Part shown: positions 36,779-48,272 of the stretch, piece after piece
Layout: every line of letters starts with the position of its first letter
Position numbering within the stretch: the stretch's first letter is position 1
Source of the DNA: Raillietiella orientalis
Lineage: Eukaryota
Reading direction: 5' to 3'
NCBI GenBank assembly: GCA_036172245.1
Contig: JAYWIR010000021.1
Coordinates: 1-64,000, forward strand
DNA: 64,000 nt
Translations under genes and position numbers: made by a program
Notes under the pieces: model-generated
Database searches by the model: none
Told to the model about the DNA's origin: nothing
What the model saw: the letters and a program-made list of their open reading frames with translations, nothing else

Positions 36779-39700
36779 CTGAAATCGATTGCAAATGGCT
36801 TTCCTAGAGAATGCGCTCTCTGGGTCGTGGCGTTGGCTTCAGGGGAATCATGGATGTCGGGAGAAATCACGATGGGCGGGGCGTTCCAACGTTTTGGGGG
36901 TGATTCCGGCCTGCACGAATCGTTCGGCAGCTTGCCTGCTGCGGGAGCATTCCGTTCAAGTGACCACTCGTACCCTCTGGCAGGTAAAAGAGTCGGTGCC
37001 TTCTGTTGGACGCGATGTTTTGCGCAAATTGCGATGCCGCTCTTTCGCTCGGCTAGCGGCCGTCGCGATTTCGCCAGCAGGCGCCGCACCTCCACGATCG
37101 TGGGCGTTGAGTGGTGTGCCTTTGCATCCCGCAGGAGAGCCTGCAGGAAGAATGTCGAACGGATTTCCCCAGAGGGAAGAGTTGTCCATGGAGTTGCACG
37201 CTTCGAACGAGCGGTGACGCAGTTGCTGTCGTTCAAGGTGGCGTTTGGCATGTGCACGCGCCCATTTCACGGGGCTGACCCCCGGCTCATTCCTGCAGAG
37301 CAGCAGTGGGAAGAGGTCGCACGTGCAAGCCACGAACGTGCGGCAGGGAATTTGAAGGAGCTGCGCTACAGGTCGCATCCGATGCCGATGCCTCCGGTTC
37401 GACCTTCACAATGGTCAGCTTTCTTACGTAGACCCCGTCTTCCTACGTTCCGGAATTTCGACTCCTACCCCTCCCGAAGAGGAGCTGTCTTTCGTTGCTG
37501 ACGCCGTGAAGAACACGCAATGACGTCACTGTTGCGTGAATCGGACGTGGGTTTTTTGTTTTTTCTTCATCGGCCATTCCGATCGGCAACACTTAGGACC
37601 TTGTAGTCTGCTATTCTGGCCGGGTGCAACGTGGATTCCTTTTAAAGCAAGTTTTAAAGATTCCTTTTCATTCCAGGGAAAACGGGAGCAGTTTCCAACG
37701 CAAGTCAGAAAACACCTGTTGCAGGCGAAATGGCGTGAGTTTCTCTCTTTGTCATCCTTCCGCCTACCTCTGCGAGTACTGTCAAAGGCAAATGTCAAGG
37801 TTGCCTTTGCGAAGGAGCAACACTTGTTGGAGAAACCGGAAACGAAATGACTCTTTTCACCGACCAACCTTCTTTAGAACATTTAGAAACATGGAAGCTG
37901 CATCGGGATAAGACGGAGTTTTTCATCTTGGCAATCACACTTTATTGCGAGAGAAAAAATATTTGATGTTTTTTCTATTAATGTACGTCAAAAGGAGCAC
38001 CTGCTGTACATGATATAAAGCAACATGTTCTTCCTGTACATCATTCATACTGACAGGATCGGGAAAAAAAACATAGACGAGTTCGGTAACGGCATATCTC
38101 TTGGAATTCGTGCAAGTTTCTTGTTTTGGGAATCTCACAGTCGCGTACGTTGGTGGCTGAGTACTTTGGCTCATCGAGCTCATAGCAGAGTGCTACTGCA
38201 GAGTGTAGATATCTGACTTCAGTAGCCATAGCAATTGCTTGTTCGAGCATTGGCAAAAAGTATGTATAAATTCCGATCTTTGTTTAGTATTTTCGAATGA
38301 GTGATGTGAACAGCTTGTCCACTGGATGGCTTGTTGTTTGTCTGTAACTTGATGAAGCCAACGGAGCACTGCTCTAAGCGATGCGGGGAAGACATGAATG
38401 CACGTGGGAATTTCGTCCTGAACCTTTGCATAGGACTCAGCAAAATGCGACTCCGATGTAGGCACGCCTGAACTTCAAACAGACTCTCCGATGATGCTCC
38501 AGTAATTAGCCAGCGACCACCTCAAAGTCTTGTAATCTCAGTGCAACGAAGAGCCCTTCGGCGAATGCGTGCACACTGCGTCCTGCAAAGCCGTTCGTGT
38601 AATGCAGCGTTAATGATGAAAGGGTACTTCCATCTTGGGATGGGTGCACCATAACACGAGTTTCTTAGAGACCCCCTCCGTTGAAACGACCGCTTCCTTG
38701 TGTGCCTTGGTTACGCGTGTACATTGCTGTACGAAAAGCATCGTTTCATTCACTTCCACTCGCGTCCATGGGGTTGATGCAGAATTGTGGTGTGCATGGA
38801 TGTACGTCTCCTCAGGGATGAACGGCTAACCCAACGTCACACTTGGAAGTTAGCTAAAGGTGGGACGCTGGAATTAAGAGTGACCAAAAGGACAATCCAA
38901 GCAAGAGGGAGATCTCTGTTTCTCAAACGAGGAAGAAGTTCCGATCCTCGAATGTGAGATGAAAGCACAGCCGATAAGACAATCGTCTGTGATCGCGTGG
39001 ATCAAATTGATGAACTCACTCGGGATTCAACGATTCTTTCGCGCTGTCTCGAAGCACTTTGGATTGCATGGCTGGAAGCCGAGAAAAGAAGCCCTACCGA
39101 TCCGAGACATTCAAAGCAGCGAGGCAACCTTGAGGAGAAACATCCTATCGCCGAGGCCACGACTCCAGTGGAATTGCTGGTGCTCGGAAGGATCAGCTAG
39201 CATTTGCGCAGAGCGTGCGTTGGCACTCCAGAGTACGGAGCCAGCACAGAGAGGAGAGGAAAAGAACATCACCCGAGTCTCAGGGTTCCACCAGCCTTCG
39301 GCCTTCTGGGCTCATTTCAGGAAACGCCAAGACGGCATCGCGAGCCAATCGCAGTGTTTCATTCTTTCCTCACCTGCCGACGTCATCGACACGGTGCATC
39401 TCAAATCGCAAGGGTGATACGCAGTCGCAAGCGGCACGTACACGCTTGAAGAGTTGGGAACCGGTCGGCCATTCAAGAAATACGGGGACAGGACAGAAGC
39501 AGAGATAAGCTCCTGTTTTGTTCTTCCCTGCTGATGCTCTTGACAGGCGGCAAAGACGCAAGGAGGAGAGACTACTCTTCACCGCCACCTGTTATAGCGA
39601 TTTCTGTAGCGGCAAGACTTCCCAAGCGTTGCTAAAATCATCGACTCTTCCCGAAAGGCTGCGGTCACTTCCGATGGAACCGGAGCAGGCCAGTCACAGG

Positions 39701-39984
39701 CCCAGGCTGCCTTGACGTTCCCGAGACCGCGTTCCTTGAGGATGACCTGAACCGCTTTCATCTTCCAGGCTACTCGACTGGCTTTCCAGAGGGGAGGGTT
39801 TTCCAGCGCTCCTCGCTAGCGCAGACGGGGAAGGACGCAGAAGTTCCGAGGTCTACGTAACTCTGTCTCACAAGCGGCGAATCCCCATAGGGAGAATCCT
39901 GTATGGCATTCAGTTATCCAGTTTAGCTTCTTTTCTTTTCAGGAGCATCGTTTGCTTCCGTTAAGGGTGCAGAGGAAGGCAAAT

Positions 39985-42900
39985 ATGAAGCTGTTGCTGT
40001 TCGGCTACCTGCTGCTACTGAGCTTGGCGAGCTGTGAAGAAGCCAAGAGGTAAATCTCTGCTTGCTTGTTTCCATGGAAGATGAGTTTGCCAGTCGATGT
40101 CTCCAGTTCGGAGGAAGAACAGTTTCGTTCGTGCCTCCCTAAATGCCAGTGTAGGGGGGGAGTTGAGTAAGAGACCACAGCTGCTTCACTTTACTGAGCG
40201 GCTAAGTGAAGACTTTGCTTTCTCAAGTACTCCAACCTCTCTAGGCTTCTTGGAGATGCATCTCAGGAGCAGTTCGGAGCGAACAGAGAAATTCTTTAGA
40301 CAAGGAGCCTCGACAAGTTTGGCGATGTGGATCACTTGCTTCCATCGTCAGTGCAGCCACCAGGAGTGTGGCAACCTCCAACATACCGGTCTCTGCTGCG
40401 GCCTTCGGAGGACGGGGGATGCGGCCGTCGGAACAGCCGCAGCGCTCGTGCCAAGGGAAACCTCCTGCACTGATGCGCAGATAGGAATTCTACGAATGCC
40501 TCGTGCCTTCCTCTGGTTCCCTACAAAAGATCGGTTGTCCGATGTTGATGAAGTCGTTTCGTGGATCTACGAAGATCCCGTGCGTCACAACACCATCGAT
40601 GCGCTGACAACCGTCGAGGCACCTGGACAGCGAGTTGCACTTTGGATTCCGGCATTTTTCTAGGGAACTGGAATCGCGGAAATCCGCAGAACTGAAGGCC
40701 TTTAGTCGGCTTCTCGACGGCGGACATCAGAAACATACCTGAGTTCCCACTCAGCTTGCATCTTTTTCTATTTTTTCACCAGCAGAAGTGCAGGATTCCA
40801 GCAGCGCTAGGGAGGTCGTTGCTGCTTATCGGTGAAAGAGAACATCCCTTGTGTTGATCTCAAGAGGTCTTATTGCAGCTTCTGGACCTCTTCTCGCGCT
40901 TGCTTTTTGTAGTCTTTTTTTCTTTCAAAAAAGTCGTCTCGGGGCTTGCAAGTGCATCTCTGCAAACTTTCGTTCTCTTTGCGAAAAAGAGTTGCAAGAA
41001 AATGTTCAGATAGTAAATAGGAAAACGGGGCCGAGGTTCGTTTGTGATGTTTCCTTCTGGAAATTCGGCAGATCAGTTTCACTGATTGTCATTTCCGTAG
41101 AACAATCTTCCCCTCATCAGAGTTCGCGAAGAATTTGGACGAACTGGGGGCTGATCTTGGTCATCCACGGGACTTTTTATTGAGGCAACAAGGAATTGGA
41201 AGTGGAAGACAGAAGTTAGAAGTGTCAGAAGTACGTCAGATCGTGGTACCTTTCTCAGCCACCCCAGACGTGAGTACCTGAGGCTCAATGTCTCTCCTTT
41301 TTGAGGTTCGGAAGCGCACTTGCGAGAGCACTCCGTGCAAGTGGTGTAGCTGCCACTACCAAACACTCTTGCGTTCACATTCATTGCTTCGCATCTCAGC
41401 TTGGACCAAGTCTTGATGAGTGGACTTCGTTCTTGATGCTCCCTCGCGTGCTTTTGTTCACTCGATGCGCCGTTGCCAAGAGGAGGGAGCTCGTGATCGA
41501 ATTCGTGGTCCGTCGCCTGCTCCTCGCAACCACTCGTTGATCCGAGCATCCCGCATGGGAATTACTTTCGCTTTCGACGAGCTTGCGTGGGCTCCAGCAC
41601 TCCATATCTTCGGCTAAAGAGTAGCCAGAGGTGCGTCCCTCCGTGATTCCGAGCGAAGCCGTTACCGATTCTGCAATGTTAGTGGCGAAGAAAAGTCGGC
41701 CGTGCAGCCTGATGGATGCATGCAGCAGTGCTAGGGTGCAGCCGTGTGGCTGAATCGGCAATCCTCGGAGGATGATGCGGCACTGCATTTCTCATGAGAA
41801 TCCGCAGGCGAGATGCAGCTCCACTGCGCCGACACAGATCTGTCGGCCAGTCTTGGACTGGGGTGGGACCTGCGAACCTGCTGTAGGATGCGCTGTTGCG
41901 GGAGGGCGCTTCGCTCCCTTCGCAGCCCACGTGAGAAAGTTGTCTGACTCGTGCATCGTGCATCGGTGTTGCTCCTTCATCTGAGGCGCGTGTCCGTGGA
42001 AACACCCATTCGCGTCCGCTGCTCGGGAGGAGGGCTGCCTGTGCGCATAGCGTTCTGCGTGTTGCGAAACGACACAGAGAGTTTGGCAAGAGATTCGCGA
42101 TCGAGCACAGTGGAACGGAAGTGAAGCATCTTACCATTTTCTTCCCTTTCAGGACGTGAAAGTTCCAATACATGTCGGAATACCAGAGTTCATACTGGAA
42201 GCGGTGCTTGATGAACGGTTGAGTTCCCTTGTGGTCATGGATCCTAATGTAGGAGGTAAGCCGCACTGCTGGCACGCGCACTTGTGCTACTCATGTGTGA
42301 CGATTTCAAGGAACTACACTGCCCGAATCGTACACGTTTCAGAAACTGGGGAATCCCACGAAAATCGAGATGGACGGGGGCGTCTACAGCGTTCAACCGG
42401 GAGCAGATGACGTTCGTGTGAGTTTGCGCGCAGAAACAAACACGTAGAGGGGAATGGGGAAAGTCCGAAAGGAAATCGGGATAACGGAACATCGCGACAG
42501 TGGGGCGCTTTGTCTTTCTCGAGTTTCTAATTTCCAACAAAATTTGCCCCCCATGATACAGCCAGGAGGAAACTGGCGTCGTCGTCAAGTGTTCCAGATA
42601 ACAGCCGCGAGAATGAGATCCGCGAGACGACCAATTTGTTACTGCGTGCGTGGGGCCAGAGAAATACCCATGCTAGCTGCTTCCATAGGTAGCGAAGCTG
42701 CCCTTGTTTTTGGGAGCGTAGAATTCCTGAGCCCTTGCGACCCGTTGTGACCTTGGTGTCACATGGGGAATGAGATATCGAGTTGTTCGCAACTTGCGAA
42801 AGACAAGCGAGAAACAGCAGATGGGCGCAACGTTTGCTCGAAAACTGAAACTCTTTTTTAGTTCGAGGGAGAGTACAACACCACGGTCAACTTAAAACTT

Positions 42901-43067
42901 CATGTGTTGCCGGGATATCCTTTTATTGCGGAACTGGGCAGCTGGAACAATGCATTCCTTGGAGTCTCTCCTGCTTTACTCAATCCTTCTGCCAAAGACT
43001 CATGGTTTGCCAGACTTGTCGCCAAGTATCCGGACATGCCCCGAACACTCCGTCTCCAATATCATGG
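39985..43067 (+). CDS. Pepsin/cathepsin-D-like (peptidase A1) protein, N-terminal half (exons 1-5): signal peptide, prosegment and N-lobe; DTG replaced by DER
   Basis: Exons 39985-40049, 41101-41230, 42153-42255, 42311-42417 and 42862-43067, all GT-AG and in phase (2,0,1,0,2). Translation: MKLLLFGYLLLLSLASC.../...KNLDELG...QKLEVSE/DVKVPIHVGIPEFILEAVLDERLSSLVV (same spacing as [23 protein letters not shown])/PESYTFQKLGNPTKIEMDGG...DDVR/...NAFLGVSP...SWFARLVAKY...LRLQYHG. Confidence 0.75.
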
Positions 43068-43391
43068 GTAATGCACTTTAGGAAACTGGCATGCTTTGAC
43101 AGGATGATGTGAAGTTGAATGGAAATATGACGTCACGGTGCTTGATTGCTTTGGTGTGTGTATTCTCTAGCGAAACGCACGGTTTGTATTTTTGCGCGAT
43201 GGATGATTCCTTCCCACCTTCATGCACGCTATCATCGTGTTGCTCCATGAGCGCGAAACTTTTTTTTGTTGAGAGACTACCATAGCCCCAGGCTCATCTG
43301 CAAGATGTAGAAATCCGGCATGAATTTCCATTGTAGCCAATGTTATGCTGCTTAGTGTAAAGACTGATGCGATAGTGATATATCTCAGTGG

Positions 43392-45924
43392 TCATATCAG
43401 TGGTTCCACAGGGAACTCAGCTTTCAAAGAAGAGTTGGACTCCATGTTCTTCTGCGGGATCGTGGTATTCCTGATTCTATGCTCGCTCGGCTGCATGGAC
43501 AACGGCTCCTGAGTTGGATGATATCATGCATCATTACACCACCTCTTGTACATCTATGCTTTTCTCATTACCTCCTCATTCACTCTGCTCGGCTGATTCC
43601 ACTGTTTGTTGAAACGGCTGCTGCAAGCAGTGATGCTCGTGGAATGTGCGAGAGGCGCAGCATATGCAAAGAACGCACTGTCCAACCCTCTGCGTGCAGA
43701 ATATCATGAACAAGAAATACCTCATAAGCTGGTCGGTCCCATCGAGGAAGTGACTCGGGGAAAACGGGAGCGAAAATGGAAGCTCCGGGAATCGATTGAT
43801 TGCAAGTCACCAGCTAGCAATCACTCTGTTCCGGGAGTTGACCCAGGACTTCTCTCGGATCTGGTGCTCCAGAAAGTCAAGAGGACACAGAGGCACCGGC
43901 GAGTAGAGAAAAACGAGAGAGAATGAAGTTCAAATGCAGGAAACCGTTTCTCTTTTTCATCAACAGAGGAGTACTGGGATCACTGAGGGAACCATGGTAT
44001 CATCCCTGTCAAACCGGAAAACGAAGAACGAGGGGTCGCCAGCCTGGTATGCCGAGGTTCCTTTCGCAAAGGTAGGAAACACGGAACGGAGGACGGCGTG
44101 ACGATGCATCGGGTCAAATTCTGGGACGCCGGCAAAGATGGAAGATCTTCAGCGTGCTTCCGGTACGATGGGAACACAGGCAACTCGAGCTTCCTCCGCT
44201 ACTTTTTGAAGTGTTACTTTATGAAGGAGAGCAAGATGCTCTGTCCCTTCTCCGAAACGATTCGTTGGAGGTTCGACGCATCAAGAGGACGGAATTCACA
44301 TGCCTGTACGGGAGAGAACAGAGTACCTTCCTTTGTCGACTGCGCGGAAGGAGTCTGGAAAGGAGTCTGCCTTTCTGTGCTGGATACATGAGGCAAGCTG
44401 CAAGGACGCTCCAGCATGTGCCTCGAGACCAACTGGTTCAGAATGTGGCCATTCGCTTAGAGGGGACGCCGAACAGCGTTTGACCGATCTGCGTTAAAAG
44501 GAATGCGGTAGAGTCGGCTTCCAAATGCTTCGGAAGACAAACATGGAAAGTTCATTAGGAAGCAGATGCGAATGCAGCTGGCTGTGGAGCCACATTTGTC
44601 TCTGAGTTTCGTTCGTTTCCGAATCGAGAAGGCATACGAGTAGCTGCAGATGCACCTTGAGCTCTGATGGACTTGCGAGGGTAAGCGTGGAAGCGGAGTT
44701 GCTAGTGTTCCCTCATATTGGAGGAATGCAGCCTCCACAAAAACAGCCCAAAGTTCAGGAAGCATGGACAATAAAGGGGTGATTCTTAAAGTTCAAGCTG
44801 GCATCTGTGGCCACGAGAAAGAACACTGAGACGAAGCTGGTTTAGATTTTCAGAATTGGAACACGCGGACTGAAAACAGGAGGAGAACAAGTGAGTTCAA
44901 AGGAGCGAAGGAACGCTTGCGAATGAAGAATCAAAAGGGTATGTATGTAGTTCAGGATGAGAGACCAGGAGATTACGAAGGCTGCTGCGTATAGAGATGA
45001 ATATTCTTCCTGCGTGAAGGCTCTGGTTGGCACGAGACTCGTCTGATAAGCAAAGAAGTATTTCGAAAGTGCCCTCGGTGAAGAAGGTAATTCACTCGCG
45101 ATCATCTGGAGGAGACTTTCCAGACATACTGAGGAAATTCGTGTCACGTTACCAAGTCACCATCAAGCGAGGGTGGCTTCAAGGCACATTGGTTGCATTA
45201 GTCGCGCGTTCTACTATGAAACGCGAAAACCCAATTTTACTGCATATTTTCTGGCCCTCCGCTTCCGTACCGAAATGCCATTGCCGCTTCTCCAGTGAAC
45301 CCCAAAACTGAGTGCGTAACTGGATGAGACTGCTGTCTTTGTCTAGAAGTATTTACTTTAACAAATTTTGCAGGCTTCCTAGAGCTTTGACTTCTGCTGG
45401 GGTCTTTATCTTAGGCAGTTCAGTTCGCGAAATGACCGGACCTAAGATGACCATGAAAACAGTTAGCCCAATCACCTGGTCCTTGAAGGTGACATAGTAA
45501 GACCTCCCACGAGCGCACTGATGGTCACTTTTGCCAACTCGACATTTTCGTGTCCCAGTGCAGCCTTGGAAATGAAGAAGATCTGCGAGGGGAGATGCGT
45601 TGCAGAGTTCAGTTTCCGCCAAAGAGGAATCGGTCTCTCCCAGGAAGACTACTACAAATTCCTTCAGCTCCTGCCCCTGCAAGCCCCGAGAGACATCAGT
45701 CATCTACCTTGGGTAAGTCATGGCTACGAAAACGTTTGGATACATACGGCGCGTAGATATTTTGTAAGCAAGCGGAAAACGCTCCTGTGCTCCAAATAAA
45801 TCTCGAAGGCAGAAAGTTCGTCCTCCAGCCTGAACACTACCTCCTTAAGGTAAATGGAGTCATCGGCTTCCAAAAAAAATTGAGAAAGGTTCCAGCATAG
45901 AACAGAACAAGCGATGGTGGACAT
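43392..45924 (-). CDS. Possible multi-exon hypothetical gene, product unknown
   Basis: Exon-like segments with splice sites: cag|MSTIACSVLCW...LLTKYLRA|gtatgt, MTDVSRGLQGQELKEF..., SLYAAAFVISWSLILNY, ...PSRVNEE|gtaatg, and cag|EPLSMQP...PLI*. The segments may not all belong to one gene. Confidence 0.3.
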
Positions 45925-47960
45925 CTGCTATTCGCTGATCACACCGCACTCCACGTTCAAAGGAACGATCCTCTTGGGAGGTTTATTCCAGACCGTCTAT
46001 CAGACCATGTTCGATGTGCAGAAGAAGGAAATCCACATTAGCATGCCAACGCCAATCCCAGAGAACAGGCGGAACAGAGGTGCATGAAGGAATTTAGTTA
46101 ACTTCGTTAAAGCACATGTCTCCTCCATGTGCCACATGTGTGAGAAATCTCAGAGAAAATAAACAACGGTTCCACCAACATCTTCTCAGCTATGGCGAAG
46201 TGACGTTTGATTTCTTTCTTTCCTTTTTTTCTTTCCATGAGCTCAGTTTTTCGATCATGAAACTACACAAAATGCAGCCCATTGCAGATTTATGCCCTTT
46301 TTGAAACCTTAGCTGCTTTCGCTGATTTTTAGAGGTATGTTTCCTGGATTTTCTTGACTGAGGAATTTCAGCGGAATATGTTCCGAGAGATTAGCATGTC
46401 GCTTTTCGAATCCGATTCTGGTTTTCTAGCACTTATAGAGAACATCCCTGGGGCTGCTGCATTCTTCGCTTTTCATCCTCTTAGCATCCGCTTCATCTTA
46501 CTGCCACACTCAGTGTCCCTGTGCCGTTGCGGTGCCCTTGGGGGAACCGGCAAAGAGCTGGTGTATCACTCCGGGACAAAGAATGGACGAGAACTCTCCC
46601 ACACCGAGTGCCTTTCAGCTCGAACAGGAGGCTCGATGGAAAGGCACCGAGATACGATAGACCCGACCTTGGCGCTGCTGCCACAGCGGTGCCAAGGTCG
46701 TCCGAAAAACTTCCCTGCTTCCTTTCTCATGGAGAGGAGTGGCGGAAGCAGCTATCTGATTCACGTGGATGAAGCTGACTTTACGTGGATGGGAAATAGA
46801 GCCACGTGTCAGTTTTCATTTCTGGAGTCTGAACTGTCGGGTTCCATCAGTAAGAGAGTGAAGGTGGTCCACTTGACGTGGTCCTTGCAGAGAGAGACCG
46901 AGATGACCAACCAGAGAGTTTTCAACATCGGAGACACTGGATCGATCCCCCCAATGGGAGTAGTAGATCATTTCGAAGACAAGATCAGTCTGCAGATGAA
47001 GCGGGTGGCCATCTAAGCATGCAGTTTGCAGGATCGATCGTCGGGACAGAAACGTTGGAGAGGGCGTACAATCGCATCGCGGGCGCCTCCTTGACGTTTG
47101 TAACGGCAGCTCCCGATGCGGCATAATGAGCTTCCACCCACAAGGAATATCGTAAAAATGAGACGAGAGGAGGGGTAAAGGCACGGACAAACGGTTCGAA
47201 TCGTTCACCATTTCGATGCATTCCCCGCGAGTTGCATTTCCTGTTCCGGATGCGGGGATTTTCGTTTGGTAGAGGCGGTTTCGCGCCACCCCTTCGCGTC
47301 CGGCCATTCTGCCTGTGGGTGCCACGGACCGAACCACACGAAGGCACCGAACAACCGAGGTGGCGAAGTGGAACAACCGTTCCGCATTGGATGGGGTGCG
47401 TGCGCGTGCGGTCAAGTTGGGTCATTCGCGAGGCTGCCGGCACGGTCGGATGGGAAATTGCCGTCCGTCCTTGCGTCCGTGTCACTGACCTTCCGAAGCA
47501 CAGAGTGCGTCCGCTGCTGCCGTTCGTGCCTTTCCCGCGGACCGTTTCGGAAGAAGAGCAAATGCATGGCCAAGTCCTTGCGAAAGTACTTGTCGAGTAA
47601 CGTCCGCTGGGCGTGGCCGATGCTTTCGACCGCGAAGGGGCTGCGTGCCAGTGGTCGGCTCGTGCTGGGCCGACGTGGGTGGGGGTCAGTTGTGCACGGG
47701 TCGGATTCAGGGAGAATCGTCTCCCCTTATTTTCCTTAGAACCGGATGGAAACATGCCGAGTTCGCTACGCACTCGCTGGGTAGCCGTGAGAACAGAGTG
47801 AAAGGATGTGCCACACTATGTGGGAATACGGAAGTGTGTTGTGGTAAATTCGTTGAGCGTGGCCACGGGAATCAGTCATTCGAATTGGGTGTGAATGTGT
47901 TGTGTGTTCTTTTTGCACCGTACGTTCCAATGTATTTACTAATGGGCTATTCTTGAATAG

Positions 47961-48272
47961 GCTAGCAGTTTCAAAGGCCAAGACATAGATGGTAATTTGT
48001 TAGCATGTTTTGAAGATACATTTGTGTAGTGGACGATTTCTTTGAATGCAAAATGTTTTAGAGTTCCGTGACTGCTTCCATCTTACTGCTCCAGATGGAT
48101 ATATTAGGTCAGCAGAACAACTCGGTGTAGTCATGAGATCTGTGGGCATGAGTCCAACATTAGATGAACTGAAGCATTATGTGAATCGTAAAGGTAAGGC
48201 AGTATTCAAAATGGGATAGATATCTGATCAGTTTAGCAGGTCAGTTGAGTTTTGCTGATTTTGTTGGTGTGA
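47961..48272 (+). pseudogene. CALML4: Calmodulin-like protein 4 (CALML4-like), 5' fragment truncated mid-exon
   Basis: Exons 47961-47991, 48062-48193 and 48237/48240 onward. Translation: ASSFKGQDID/EFRDCFHLTAPDGYIRSAEQLGVVMRSVGMSPTLDELKHYVNRK/GQLSFADFVGV. Similarity stops after that point. The ATG exon and the C-terminal EF-hand pair were not found. Confidence 0.75.

Noticed and set aside
41101..43260. Neprilysin (M13) reading of VGIPEFIL, LGHPRDFLL and HERET
   Set aside because: The pepsin-fold alignment explains motif spacing and all intron phases better, and there is no HExxH.
44457..45147. Listerin (LTN1) similarity from FVISWSLILNY
   Set aside because: Only one short hydrophobic match, and no downstream RING domain was found.
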